Shown here piece after piece: positions 1 to 8,876 of a DNA stretch of 21,045 nucleotides. The notes under the pieces were generated by a model. That model did not search any database, was not told the DNA's origin, and saw only the letters and a program-made list of their open reading frames with translations. The position numbers and the translations under genes were made by a program. Each line of letters starts with the position of its first letter. Position 1 is the first letter of the stretch. The DNA is from Planctomycetota bacterium (GTDB taxonomy: Bacteria > Planctomycetota > GCA-002687715 > DRQF01). The stretch covers positions 1-21,045 of the forward strand of contig JALTLO010000054.1 of assembly GCA_027001995.1 (NCBI GenBank), read 5' to 3'.

Positions 1-1624
1 GTTCTTGGGCCTACTCCTGGCCTTGCCCCAGGTCTTGCCATTTCTGGACTACCTGAACGAGAGTCAGAGCTTGGTCATGCGCCAAGCTGAGGCCGCCTAT
101 CCTCCTTTGGGGAGTCTGGGTGAATTTGGTTCGGAGTTGATGACCTGGTTGAGCCAAGTAGCCTCCATAGAAGCCCATGGCAACGACTTAGCTGAAGCCA
201 ACTGGTGGCTCGATACCATCAATTTACGGGAGATTGGTTTGGTGTATGGGGGCGTCATCGCCGCGACTTTGGGCCTACTGGGATTCTTGCGGGCTCACCC
301 CCTGCGGCTTCCGCTGCTCTTGGTGGCAGCGTTTGCAGCGATTGTGACTTTTCGTTTGCCCTACCTCTACGACTTTCTCTGCTATCTTCCGGGTTTCAAC
401 GTGGGAGCTAACCAACGGTTCGCCTCCTTGCTGATGCTGTCTTTGGCGACATCGGCGGCTCTCGCCCTGGACGGTTTATTTCTCGACCCCATAGCCATCG
501 CTAAGAAAAGAACTTGGCTGGCTATTCTTGTGACCTTGGCGGTCTTGGTGACGGCATTGGTCTACGAATGGAGAGTTCGGGGGCCGAGGAATGATTCTCA
601 AGTCCAACTCTTCACCAACGCCATGATTGTGACGGCGGTCCTTGCTTTTCTCCTGATGGGAGCTTTATTGCTCCTGGGGCGCTCCTGGGGGCAAAAACTG
701 GGAGTCCTGCTGATCATAGGAGTTATCCTAGGGGATGTTGGCATCCACTCCCGGCCCCGTATTCCCTGGGCAGATGCCCAAGAGACGTGGCCCATGACAG
801 CGATCGTAGAATTCATGGTGGAGAACTTACCGCCGGAGGATGGACGCATCCTCTGCGTCGGCGCGTCTTTTCCTGCAGACATGAACTTGGCCCACAACTT
901 GGCCTTTCTCGATAGCTATAGTGCTATGCAACCAGCTTTAGAGTCGGTCTTCTTGGAAGCCGCTAAGACACCGGTGACTCCTTCCGGGAAGAAGAGAATC
1001 GCCTGGACCCTCTTGAATCAGTTCTCTATCCCTCTCCTCAATATGGCCAGCGTTCGTTATCTCTTCATTCCAGGGGATTGGAGTGACAAGAATGACCATA
1101 CGGAGGGGGTTATTGTTGACGCTCGGGGAGATCGTTTTAGGCAGCTTTACGCTCATCGGGATGGCATGATCTTAGAGCGTTTGGATGCCCAACCCCGGGC
1201 AGCATTGGTGCACCGCACAGTTCCGGGATCTACCTTGGCCCAGCTCACCGCGTCTCCCTTTGATCCGCAGATGTACGTCATGACCGATGAAAAGGGAGCT
1301 TGGGCGGGATTCGGCGGACAGGGGAGCACTGTTTCCTACACAGCCAACCAGATCGTGGTGGAAGCCGACGTTTTGGGGGGGCCGCAATGGCTGGTGATGA
1401 GCGATCTTTTCTCGCCCATGTGGAGGGCCTCCGTGGATGGCGAGGATGTAAAGATCTATCCGGTCAATGGGATTTTCCGTGGCGTCAAACTTGAAGAGGG
1501 CAGCCATAGAATTGTCTTGAGAACCAAGACTCCCAAGCCCCTGAAATGGGGTTTGGGAGGGGCAATTTTGGGGATTTGTCTGCTTTTGGGCCTGACGTTT
1601 AGGCCCCGCCGCAACATTTCTTGA
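1..1624 (+). CDS. YfhO-family membrane protein (GT-C-like glycosyltransferase), 5'-truncated by window edge
   Basis: Open frame from the window start (ORF track 5..1624). Many hydrophobic TM segments, then a soluble region. The C-terminus has the YfhO-type pattern '[55 protein letters not shown]' followed by a final TM helix. Confidence 0.8.
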   Translation, partial: FLGLLLALPQVLPFLDYLNESQSLVMRQAEAAYPPLGSLGEFGSELMTWLSQVASIEAHGNDLAEANWWLDTINLREIGLVYGGVIAATLGLLGFLRAHPLRLPLLLVAAFAAIVTFRLPYLYDFLCYLPGFNVGANQRFASLLMLSLATSAALALDGLFLDPIAIAKKRTWLAILVTLAVLVTALVYEWRVRGPRNDSQVQLFTNAMIVTAVLAFLLMGALLLLGRSWGQKLGVLLIIGVILGDVGIHSRPRIPWADAQETWPMTAIVEFMVENLPPEDGRILCVGASFPADMNLAHNLAFLDSYSAMQPALESVFLEAAKTPVTPSGKKRIAWTLLNQFSIPLLNMASVRYLFIPGDWSDKNDHTEGVIVDARGDRFRQLYAHRDGMILERLDAQPRAALVHRTVPGSTLAQLTASPFDPQMYVMTDEKGAWAGFGGQGSTVSYTANQIVVEADVLGGPQWLVMSDLFSPMWRASVDGEDVKIYPVNGIFRGVKLEEGSHRIVLRTKTPKPLKWGLGGAILGICLLLGLTFRPRRNIS

Positions 1625-2084
1625 ACTTTTTGCCACTTTTGCAAGGACAAGGATCGTTCCGGCCGACCTTGGGATTTTCTCTTTTCACCGGCTGTCCTTT
1701 GCGGACTTTTCCGTCCAAATAGAACCAGCGGTCGTTGTGGCGGACAAAAGTAGAGCGCTCATGGTGGCTCTGATCTTCGTCCTCATAGGTGAAATGAGCG
1801 ATAAATTCGACCGTGCCTTCTTGGTCGTTCGGACCACCATCACGGGTCTCAATGACCTCCAAACCGGTCCATACGGACTCTTTGGCCCATTCTTCCGTAT
1901 TGTCCCGATCGACGCTGGAGACGGTTTTGGGGTGGTGGGTGTTCAAAATGTAGTCGATGTTGGCCATGGTGAATGCCGTATAGCGTGACCGCATCAACAG
2001 TTCTGGCGTTTCTGGGATCTTCTGGCCAGTCAAGTAGGGGCCACAGCATTGTGACAGGTCGGATCCACCGCAGGGACAGCTCAT
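1599..2084 (-). CDS. ychJ: YchJ-family protein (N- and C-terminal SEC-C Zn motifs, NTF2-like core)
   Basis: N-terminal '[14 protein letters not shown]', '[15 protein letters not shown]', 'WTGLEV', 'GTVEFIA', 'HHERSTF...RWFYLDG', and C-terminal SEC-C '[21 protein letters not shown]'. Confidence 0.93.
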   Translation of the reverse strand: MSCPCGGSDLSQCCGPYLTGQKIPETPELLMRSRYTAFTMANIDYILNTHHPKTVSSVDRDNTEEWAKESVWTGLEVIETRDGGPNDQEGTVEFIAHFTYEDEDQSHHERSTFVRHNDRWFYLDGKVRKGQPVKRENPKVGRNDPCPCKSGKKFKKCCGGA

Positions 2085-2117
2085 TTTCAGCTCCTCAAAA
2101 ACGAAAAAATCTCACTC

Positions 2118-2146
2118 TTGAAACATGCGCCCGGCTTGGACACGAT
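2118..2146 (+). promoter_or_regulatory. Putative sigma70 promoter of tRNA-Gly
   Basis: TTGAAA (2118-2123), 17-nt spacer, CACGAT (2141-2146), 13 nt upstream of the tRNA 5' end. Confidence 0.45.
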
Positions 2147-2159
2147 TGGCCTCACCTCA

Positions 2160-2230
2160 GCGGGTGTAGCTTAGTGGTAAAGCTCCAGCCTTCCAAGCTG
2201 ATCACGGGGGTTCGATTCCCCCCACCCGCT
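2160..2230 (+). tRNA. tRNA-Gly (anticodon TCC)
   Basis: Cloverleaf: acceptor GCGGGTG/CACCCGC plus discriminator T; D arm GCTT-AGTGGTA-AAGC; anticodon arm CCAGC-CTTCCAA-GCTGA; T arm GGGGG-TTCGATT-CCCCC. CCA is not encoded. Confidence 0.96.
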
Positions 2231-2236
2231 CTTTTC

Positions 2237-2277
2237 AAGGCCGCGACCTCCAAAAGGGGTTGCGGCTTTGTTCGTTC
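2237..2277 (+). terminator. Intrinsic terminator after tRNA-Gly
   Basis: AAGGCCGCGACCTC-CAAAA-GGGGTTGCGGCTTT, a 14-bp stem including G-U pairs, ending in TTTGTTCGTT. Confidence 0.7.
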
Positions 2278-2499
2278 GCTCAGTCGCGGCTTGGGAATTT
2301 CCTCCGTTTACATCAATTGAGAACCTCTCATCCCCGTGGTTCCAGGTGGGACGTTTGCCATTGACTCCCCGATATTGCAGAAACCATGGGCCTGGAGTAA
2401 CTTCAGACTAGGTGCTGGCAGGATCTCTGGGATTGAGTGGGTTGAGGTAGAAGCAGGTCATGGGTTTGATGAGGGGATGCTCAACGATGAGAGGAAGTC

Positions 2500-5400
2500 A
2501 TGGGGCTCGAATCGCCTAATTTTGGCTTCCTGGAGGAGCATGACCCACTCTTGGTGCATCTTGGTGCCTTGGCTGAACGCTATTGCCTCGATGACCCCAA
2601 TACAGCCCTCATTAAGCTGAGGCAGTTGGCTGAATCTCTCGCCAAACAGGCCGCCGCCCATGGGGGCATCTACTTTTCCGCCGAAGACTCATTCCTCACC
2701 GTTCTCAATCGTCTTTGGGAACGAGGTGTGGTGGCTGGCGACGTGAGCCAAGTGTTTCACAACTTGCGCAAAGCCGGCAATGAGGCCGTCCACCAACACA
2801 GAGGAGCCTCTCATGAGGCACTCCATCAGCTAAAACTGGCCCGCCAACTTGCGGTCTGGTTTCACAAATCCTTTGGCAAGAATAGGAATTTCAAAGCCGG
2901 TCCCTTCGTTCCTCCCCCTGATACTGCCGAGGTTGACACGGCGCTCCGCGCTGAACTCGCCGAATTTCGTGAAGAGGCGGACAGACAAAGAAGAAAAGCT
3001 GAGACGGCGTCGCGCACCGCCAAGGAAGAGGCTGATCTCAGACAGGCCGCAGAAGAAAAGGCAAATCTTGCTTACGAAGAGCTGAAGGTCGTATTCGATC
3101 TGGCTGAGGAAACAGAAGCCACCCTGGCAAAGGAGCGGTCGCGCTTTGAAACGGAACTCGAGGCACTTCAAGCGAACGTTGCCGAAACCCCCGAGGAGGT
3201 TGTGGAAGAGACAGTCGTCCGGGCTCAAGAAGCCGCTGAGGAGTTTGTTCTTGGCGAAGCTGATACCAGGCGCATCATCGACCGTCAACTACGGGATGCT
3301 GGTTGGGAAGCCGACAGTGAAACAATCAGGTTTGCCAAAGGAGTTCGGCCACAGAAAAACCGCAATGTCGCCATCGCAGAATGGCCCACATCCAGTGGCC
3401 CTGCAGACTATGTCCTGTTCGCTGGGCTGACTCCCCTAGCCGTCGTAGAAGCGAAACGGCAATCTAAGGACGTTGCAGGGGCTATCGATCAGGCTAAGCG
3501 TTATAGCCGTGACTTCCTGATTCAGGGTGATGAGATCCTCCGCGAGCTTCCAGACGTTGAATACCAGATCCCTTTTCTCTTCGCCACCAATGGTCGTCCC
3601 TACCTCAAACAGATCAAAACCAAGAGTGGTGTCTGGTTCTTGGATGCTCGGCGAAGCACCAATCACTCCCGGGCATTGGAAGACTGGTATACGCCGGAGG
3701 GACTCTGCGGCCTCCTTGGTCGAGATGAAGCCGCCGCCGATGAACGTCTTCAAGAGGAACCCAGCAATTATCTGGACCTCAGAGACTATCAGCATGACGC
3801 CATCACCGCTGTTGAAGGGACCATTCGTGAGGGGAAGCGCACAGCTCTCTTGGCTATGGCTACGGGCACTGGCAAGACCCGTACCTGCATTGGCCTTGTT
3901 TATCGGCTGATAAAAGCTCAACGATTCCATCGCGTCCTCTTCCTCGTAGACCGATCAGCTCTTGGCATACAAGCCACCAACGCATTCAAAGATGTAAAAC
4001 TTGAAAACCTACAGAGCTTCAGCGAAATCTACGATGTGAAGGAGCTGGGTGATATAACTCCAGATGCCGACACGCGCCTTCAAGTGGCCACCATACAAGG
4101 TATGATCAAGCGTATCCTCTATCCCAGTGAAGAAGACACTGTGATGCCCGTAGACCGCTATGACTGCATCGTCATTGACGAGTGCCACCGCGGTTACAAC
4201 CTTGACAAAGAAATGAGCGATTCTGAGCTGACCTTCCGCAGTGAGCAGGATTACATCTCCAAATATAGCCGCGTACTGGATCACTTTGATGCTGTGAAGA
4301 TTGGCCTAACTGCCACCCCTGCTTTGCACACCACAGAGATATTTGGCGCACCAGTCTACCAGTACAGCTATCGCCAAGCCGTCATTGATGGCTACCTCTG
4401 CGATCATGAGCCACCCATTCGCATCATCACAGCCCGCGCCGAAGAAGGTATTGGCTTTAAGGTCGGCGAGCAGATGCCAATCTATGACACCGCCACCGGC
4501 AATATTGAGCTGCACGAGGTTCCCGACGACATTGATTTCGAGGTTGGTTCTTTCAATAAAAAGGTCATCACCGAGAATTTTAACCGTGCCATCTGCGGTC
4601 AACTGGCCCAAGAAATAGATCCAAAACAACCAGGGAAGACTTTGGTGTTTTGTGCCACCGATGCCCACGCCGACATGGTGGTCGGCTTGCTCAAAGAAGC
4701 CTTCACCGAACAATATGGCAGCATCGAAGATAATGCCGTCCAAAAAATCACCGGGGCATCCGACAAACCTCTGGAGTTGATCAGAAAACTCAAGAACGAA
4801 AAACTGCCCTCAGTTGCTGTGACCGTTGATCTTCTTTCCACAGGCATTGATGTGCCCCAGATCGATGGCATTGTCTTCATGCGTAGAATCCGCAGTCGTA
4901 TCCTCTATGAGCAGATGTTGGGAAGAGCAACAAGACTTTGCCATGACCTCTATGGTGATGGTGAAGATAAGCAGTATTTCCGAGTCTACGATGCTGTTGA
5001 CCTCTATGCCGCTCTAGAGCCCGTCAACTCTATGAAGCCCGTGGTCACCCAGCCCAAAATCAGCTTCGTGCAATTGGCAAATGAGCTCTCAAGAGTGAAA
5101 GACGACGCGGCCAAAGCCGCGGTTTTGGACCAACTCATCGCCAAACTGCAAACTAAGAAACGCAAACTCAAAAGCGGCAAAGCCTTCGAAACATTTTGCG
5201 ATCTTGCTGGCATGGAGCCTCAGCAACTCCTCGATGAATTGAAAACGGCTACTCCCGACTCAGCGGCACAGTTCTTCAGGAATCACGCCGAACTCCCAGA
5301 CTTCTTAGATAAGTCCGTGGGCGGCGGCTCTCAACTTGTCATCTCAGATCACGACGATGAAGTCATTCGCGTTGAGCATGGCTATGGCAAATATGAAAGC

Positions 5401-5904
5401 CCCACGGACTACCTTGAATCGTTCAAGAAGTTCGTCGAAGAGAAGGGCAACACGATTCCAGCCTTGCTCGTGGTGACCCAAAGCCCCCGGGATTTGACTA
5501 GGAAACAGCTTCGCGAGCTCAGACTGAAACTCGACAGCGCTGGTTTCACCGAGAAAACCTTAGAAACAGCTTGGCGTGACAACACCAACGCCGAGATCGC
5601 AGCCACGATTATTGGTTTCGTCAGGCAGGCTGCCCTGGGAACCGATCTTGTTTCCTACGAAGAGCGAGTCGATCAGGCCATGAAGAAGATCCTTGCCAGC
5701 CAAAGCTGGACGACTCCCCAACGCAATTGGCTCAAACGAATCACAAAACAACTCAAGCTCGAAATCGTCGTAGATCGAGATGCCTTAGATAAAGGCCAAT
5801 TCGCCGCCGAAGGTGGTTTCAATCGCCTCAACAAAACATTCGACGGCAAGATGGAAGACCTCCTTGTGCGGATTCAAGAAGAAGTCTGGCGAGAGCAAGG
5901 GTAG
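2500..5904 (+). CDS. hsdR: Type I restriction enzyme R subunit (EcoKI-like HsdR)
   Basis: 1134 aa. N-terminal DUF4145-like helical domain and coiled coil; nuclease motif 'ADYVLF...VVEAK'; Walker A 'ATGTGKT'; DExH 'DECHR'; 'LTATP'; 'EQMLGRATR'; EcoKI-R-like C-terminus. GAGGA RBS upstream. Confidence 0.96.
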   Translation: MGLESPNFGFLEEHDPLLVHLGALAERYCLDDPNTALIKLRQLAESLAKQAAAHGGIYFSAEDSFLTVLNRLWERGVVAGDVSQVFHNLRKAGNEAVHQHRGASHEALHQLKLARQLAVWFHKSFGKNRNFKAGPFVPPPDTAEVDTALRAELAEFREEADRQRRKAETASRTAKEEADLRQAAEEKANLAYEELKVVFDLAEETEATLAKERSRFETELEALQANVAETPEEVVEETVVRAQEAAEEFVLGEADTRRIIDRQLRDAGWEADSETIRFAKGVRPQKNRNVAIAEWPTSSGPADYVLFAGLTPLAVVEAKRQSKDVAGAIDQAKRYSRDFLIQGDEILRELPDVEYQIPFLFATNGRPYLKQIKTKSGVWFLDARRSTNHSRALEDWYTPEGLCGLLGRDEAAADERLQEEPSNYLDLRDYQHDAITAVEGTIREGKRTALLAMATGTGKTRTCIGLVYRLIKAQRFHRVLFLVDRSALGIQATNAFKDVKLENLQSFSEIYDVKELGDITPDADTRLQVATIQGMIKRILYPSEEDTVMPVDRYDCIVIDECHRGYNLDKEMSDSELTFRSEQDYISKYSRVLDHFDAVKIGLTATPALHTTEIFGAPVYQYSYRQAVIDGYLCDHEPPIRIITARAEEGIGFKVGEQMPIYDTATGNIELHEVPDDIDFEVGSFNKKVITENFNRAICGQLAQEIDPKQPGKTLVFCATDAHADMVVGLLKEAFTEQYGSIEDNAVQKITGASDKPLELIRKLKNEKLPSVAVTVDLLSTGIDVPQIDGIVFMRRIRSRILYEQMLGRATRLCHDLYGDGEDKQYFRVYDAVDLYAALEPVNSMKPVVTQPKISFVQLANELSRVKDDAAKAAVLDQLIAKLQTKKRKLKSGKAFETFCDLAGMEPQQLLDELKTATPDSAAQFFRNHAELPDFLDKSVGGGSQLVISDHDDEVIRVEHGYGKYESPTDYLESFKKFVEEKGNTIPALLVVTQSPRDLTRKQLRELRLKLDSAGFTEKTLETAWRDNTNAEIAATIIGFVRQAALGTDLVSYEERVDQAMKKILASQSWTTPQRNWLKRITKQLKLEIVVDRDALDKGQFAAEGGFNRLNKTFDGKMEDLLVRIQEEVWREQG

Positions 5905-5931
5905 GCAGACAGAGACTAAGGACGATCAAGC

Positions 5932-7365
5932 ATGACCAACACCCAAGATATAGTCGCGAAACTTTGGAGCCTCTGTCACGTTCTGCGGGACGATGGCATC
6001 ACCTACCATGAGTACGTGACCGAGCTGACTTATTTGCTCTTTCTCAAGATGGCCAAAGAAACGGAGACTGAAAAGCGAATCCCCAAGGGCTATCGCTGGG
6101 ATGACTTGACCGAGAAAGACGGTGTTGAGCAACTCAACTTCTACCGCGCAATACTTCTTCATCTCGGCACCAAGGGGAAAGGCCGCGTTCAGGCCATCTA
6201 TGCCAATGCCAACTCTGCCCTTCGTCAGCCAAGAAACCTCACTAAGCTGGTCAAAGACATTGATGCCCTCGATTGGTACTCTGCCCGTGATGAAGGACTT
6301 GGTGATCTTTATGAAGGGCTGCTGGAAAAAAACGCCAACGAGAAGAAGTCAGGGGCTGGTCAATATTTCACCCCCCGTCCTTTGATCGATGCCATGGTGG
6401 CTTTGGTTAAACCGAAGGCAGGGGAACTTGTCCAAGACCCAGCCCTTGGCACAGGTGGTTTCTTGATCGCAGCAGACACCTTCATCAAGAAGCGCAGTGA
6501 CAACCTTTTTGATCTTCCCGAAGAGAAGCAAGTCTTCCAACGGCGACAGGCCTTCTACGGTGTTGAGCTCGTCCCTGACACGCACCGCCTGGCTCTCATG
6601 AATGCCATGCTTCACGGCATTGAAGGCGATTGGTTGCTTGGCGACTCACTCACGCAAACGGGCGCCAACTTGCCTAAGGCCGATGTGATCCTCACCAATC
6701 CACCCTTTGGCACTAAGAAAGGTGGTGGCCAGCCCACCCGCGACGATTTCACCTTCCCGACATCCAACAAGCAACTCTGCTTTCTTCAGCATATCTACCG
6801 TGGCCTCAAACCAGGTGGCCGTGCCGCCGTCGTCTTGCCAGACAACGTTCTCTTTGAAGACAACACAGGCCAGAAGATCCGTGCGGACCTGATGGATAAA
6901 TGCAACCTGCACACCATCCTTCGTTTGCCAACGGGCATATTCTACGCCCAAGGCGTGAAGACCAACGTCTTATTCTTTCAACGGGGCAAGAAAGAAACAG
7001 GCAACACCAAGAATGTGTGGATCTACGACATGCGGACCAATATGCCGTCATTCGGTAAACGCACACCGTTCACCCGAGAACACTTTGCTGATTTTGAAAA
7101 GGCCTATGGCAAGAGTGTTAATGGCGGCTCGAAGCGGACTGACTTGGGTGAAGAGGGACGCTTTCGCGTCTTCAGTCGTGCTGAAATAGCCAAACGTGGA
7201 GACAACTTGGATATTTTCTGGTTGAAGGATGATTCTGCCAGTGATGGCGAGGAGCTTGGTGAGCCAGGGGAGATTGCAGAGGAAATTACTCAGTTGCTCA
7301 AGATGGCGTTAATTGAAATGAGTGAATTGCAAGCGGCACTTGATTTTGACGAGGGCGATGTTTGA
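5932..7365 (+). CDS. hsdM: Type I R-M N6-adenine methyltransferase M subunit
   Basis: 'KLWSLCHVLRDDGI..YVTELTYLLFLKM', 'GAGQYFTPR', SAM-binding motif I 'DPALGTGGFL', motif IV 'NPPF'. AGGA RBS upstream. Confidence 0.97.
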   Translation: MTNTQDIVAKLWSLCHVLRDDGITYHEYVTELTYLLFLKMAKETETEKRIPKGYRWDDLTEKDGVEQLNFYRAILLHLGTKGKGRVQAIYANANSALRQPRNLTKLVKDIDALDWYSARDEGLGDLYEGLLEKNANEKKSGAGQYFTPRPLIDAMVALVKPKAGELVQDPALGTGGFLIAADTFIKKRSDNLFDLPEEKQVFQRRQAFYGVELVPDTHRLALMNAMLHGIEGDWLLGDSLTQTGANLPKADVILTNPPFGTKKGGGQPTRDDFTFPTSNKQLCFLQHIYRGLKPGGRAAVVLPDNVLFEDNTGQKIRADLMDKCNLHTILRLPTGIFYAQGVKTNVLFFQRGKKETGNTKNVWIYDMRTNMPSFGKRTPFTREHFADFEKAYGKSVNGGSKRTDLGEEGRFRVFSRAEIAKRGDNLDIFWLKDDSASDGEELGEPGEIAEEITQLLKMALIEMSELQAALDFDEGDV

Positions 7366-8876
7366 TGTATCTCTCCGAAAAAGAACTGCCACTTGGTTGG
7401 GCTTTGACAACTTTGGGATCGATAGCAACTCCGAGCAGCGACAAAATTGAGCCGTCGGATTATCAAGGGGATCACTACCTTAGCCTTAAGCACATTCAGG
7501 CGCATACAGGCCGTATCCTTGGCTGGGGAGACCCACAAACGGTCAAGAGTACAATAAGCGTCTTTCATCAGGGAGATGTGCTTTATGGCCGCCTACGACC
7601 ATATCTGAATAAAGTGGTTATTCCGCCTTTTGAAGGGATTTGTTCCACAGACATTCTTGTTTTTCCGATCATGGCAGCCATCAAGAGGGCTTTCTTGGCG
7701 AGATTCCTATCTCACCCGAAAGTCGTTGAATTCGCAGTTCAGAACTCAAAGGGCATCAACCTTCCGAGAATCAGCTTTAGGACGCTTGCGGAACATCCCT
7801 TTGCACTCCCCCCCCTAAACGAACAACGCCGAATCGTAGCCAAAATCGAAGCTCTTCAGGCCAGGAGCAAGAAGGCCCGGGAGGCCTTGGAGGCTATTCC
7901 GCCGCTCTTGGATAAGTTTCGTCAGTCCGTCCTGGCTTCTGCTTTTCGCGGTGACTTGACCGCCCACTGGCGGGCCAAGAACCCCGATGTGGAACCCGCC
8001 ACCAAACTCCTCGAACGCATCCGCATCGAACGCCGCCGCCGCTGGGAAGAATCCGAACTCGCCAAAATGAAAGCCAAGGGCAAAACCCCCAAGAACGACA
8101 AATGGAAAGACAAGTACAAAGAACCCACCCCAGTTGACACAACCGATCTTCCTGAGCTGCCTGAGGGGTGGTGCAGGCTGACTCTTGGAGCAATTGCAAG
8201 AGTTGAGGGAGGCTACGCTTTTAAGAGTGGTGACTTCTCAAGCGATGGTGTTCCTCTCATTCGTATTGGCGATCTTCGTGATGGAAAGGTAGTTATCAGC
8301 GAGAAGACAGTCAGGTTGCCTGATTCATTCTTGAGCAAGCACATTCGATTCATGTTAAACGGGGGTGATCTGTTGATGGGACTTTCGGGTGCGACAACCG
8401 GAAAACTGGGATACTACGAAGGCGATGAGCCATCCTTGCTCAATCAACGTGTTGGGCGATTTCTTCCAAGATGCGATTCGGTAGTCGATGATGTATTTCT
8501 CGGCCTGGCGGTTGAAGGAATCAGTCACAAAGTGTTGAATCAAGCATGGGGAGGAGCGCAGCCGAATATTAGCCCGAGTGCGCTGGAGGAAAACACAATT
8601 GCTGTTCCGACCTTGGAGGAACAGAAAGCCATAGTCCAAATGGTCCGCGTTTGTTGGTCGGTTCGGGACTCTGTGACGAAGAGTGTGAAAGAGATTCAGG
8701 CGAAGTTAGGTGACCTCGACGAATCCATCCTAGCCAAAGCATTCCGAGGCGAACTCGTCCCTCAAGATCCCAACGACGAACCGGCATCTGTTCTCTTGGA
8801 GCGCATCAAAGCCGAACAAGCCAAAACTGAAAAACCTAAGCGTAAAACACGCAAGAAAAAAGGAACAGCATCGTGA
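7365..8876 (+). CDS. hsdS: Type I R-M specificity subunit S (two TRDs)
   Basis: 'LPLGW...LG' TRD1; conserved 'LPPLNEQRRIVAKIE...SVLASAFRGDLT'; 'LPELPEGW' TRD2; 'VPTLEEQKAIV...SILAKAFRGELVPQDPNDEPASVLLERI'. The ATG at 7365 overlaps the hsdM stop (TGATG); the track uses TTG 7362. Confidence 0.95.
   Translation: MYLSEKELPLGWALTTLGSIATPSSDKIEPSDYQGDHYLSLKHIQAHTGRILGWGDPQTVKSTISVFHQGDVLYGRLRPYLNKVVIPPFEGICSTDILVFPIMAAIKRAFLARFLSHPKVVEFAVQNSKGINLPRISFRTLAEHPFALPPLNEQRRIVAKIEALQARSKKAREALEAIPPLLDKFRQSVLASAFRGDLTAHWRAKNPDVEPATKLLERIRIERRRRWEESELAKMKAKGKTPKNDKWKDKYKEPTPVDTTDLPELPEGWCRLTLGAIARVEGGYAFKSGDFSSDGVPLIRIGDLRDGKVVISEKTVRLPDSFLSKHIRFMLNGGDLLMGLSGATTGKLGYYEGDEPSLLNQRVGRFLPRCDSVVDDVFLGLAVEGISHKVLNQAWGGAQPNISPSALEENTIAVPTLEEQKAIVQMVRVCWSVRDSVTKSVKEIQAKLGDLDESILAKAFRGELVPQDPNDEPASVLLERIKAEQAKTEKPKRKTRKKKGTAS

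Noticed and set aside
1973..2320. 115-aa ORF spanning the tRNA
   Set aside because: Spurious translation through ychJ antisense and tRNA-Gly.
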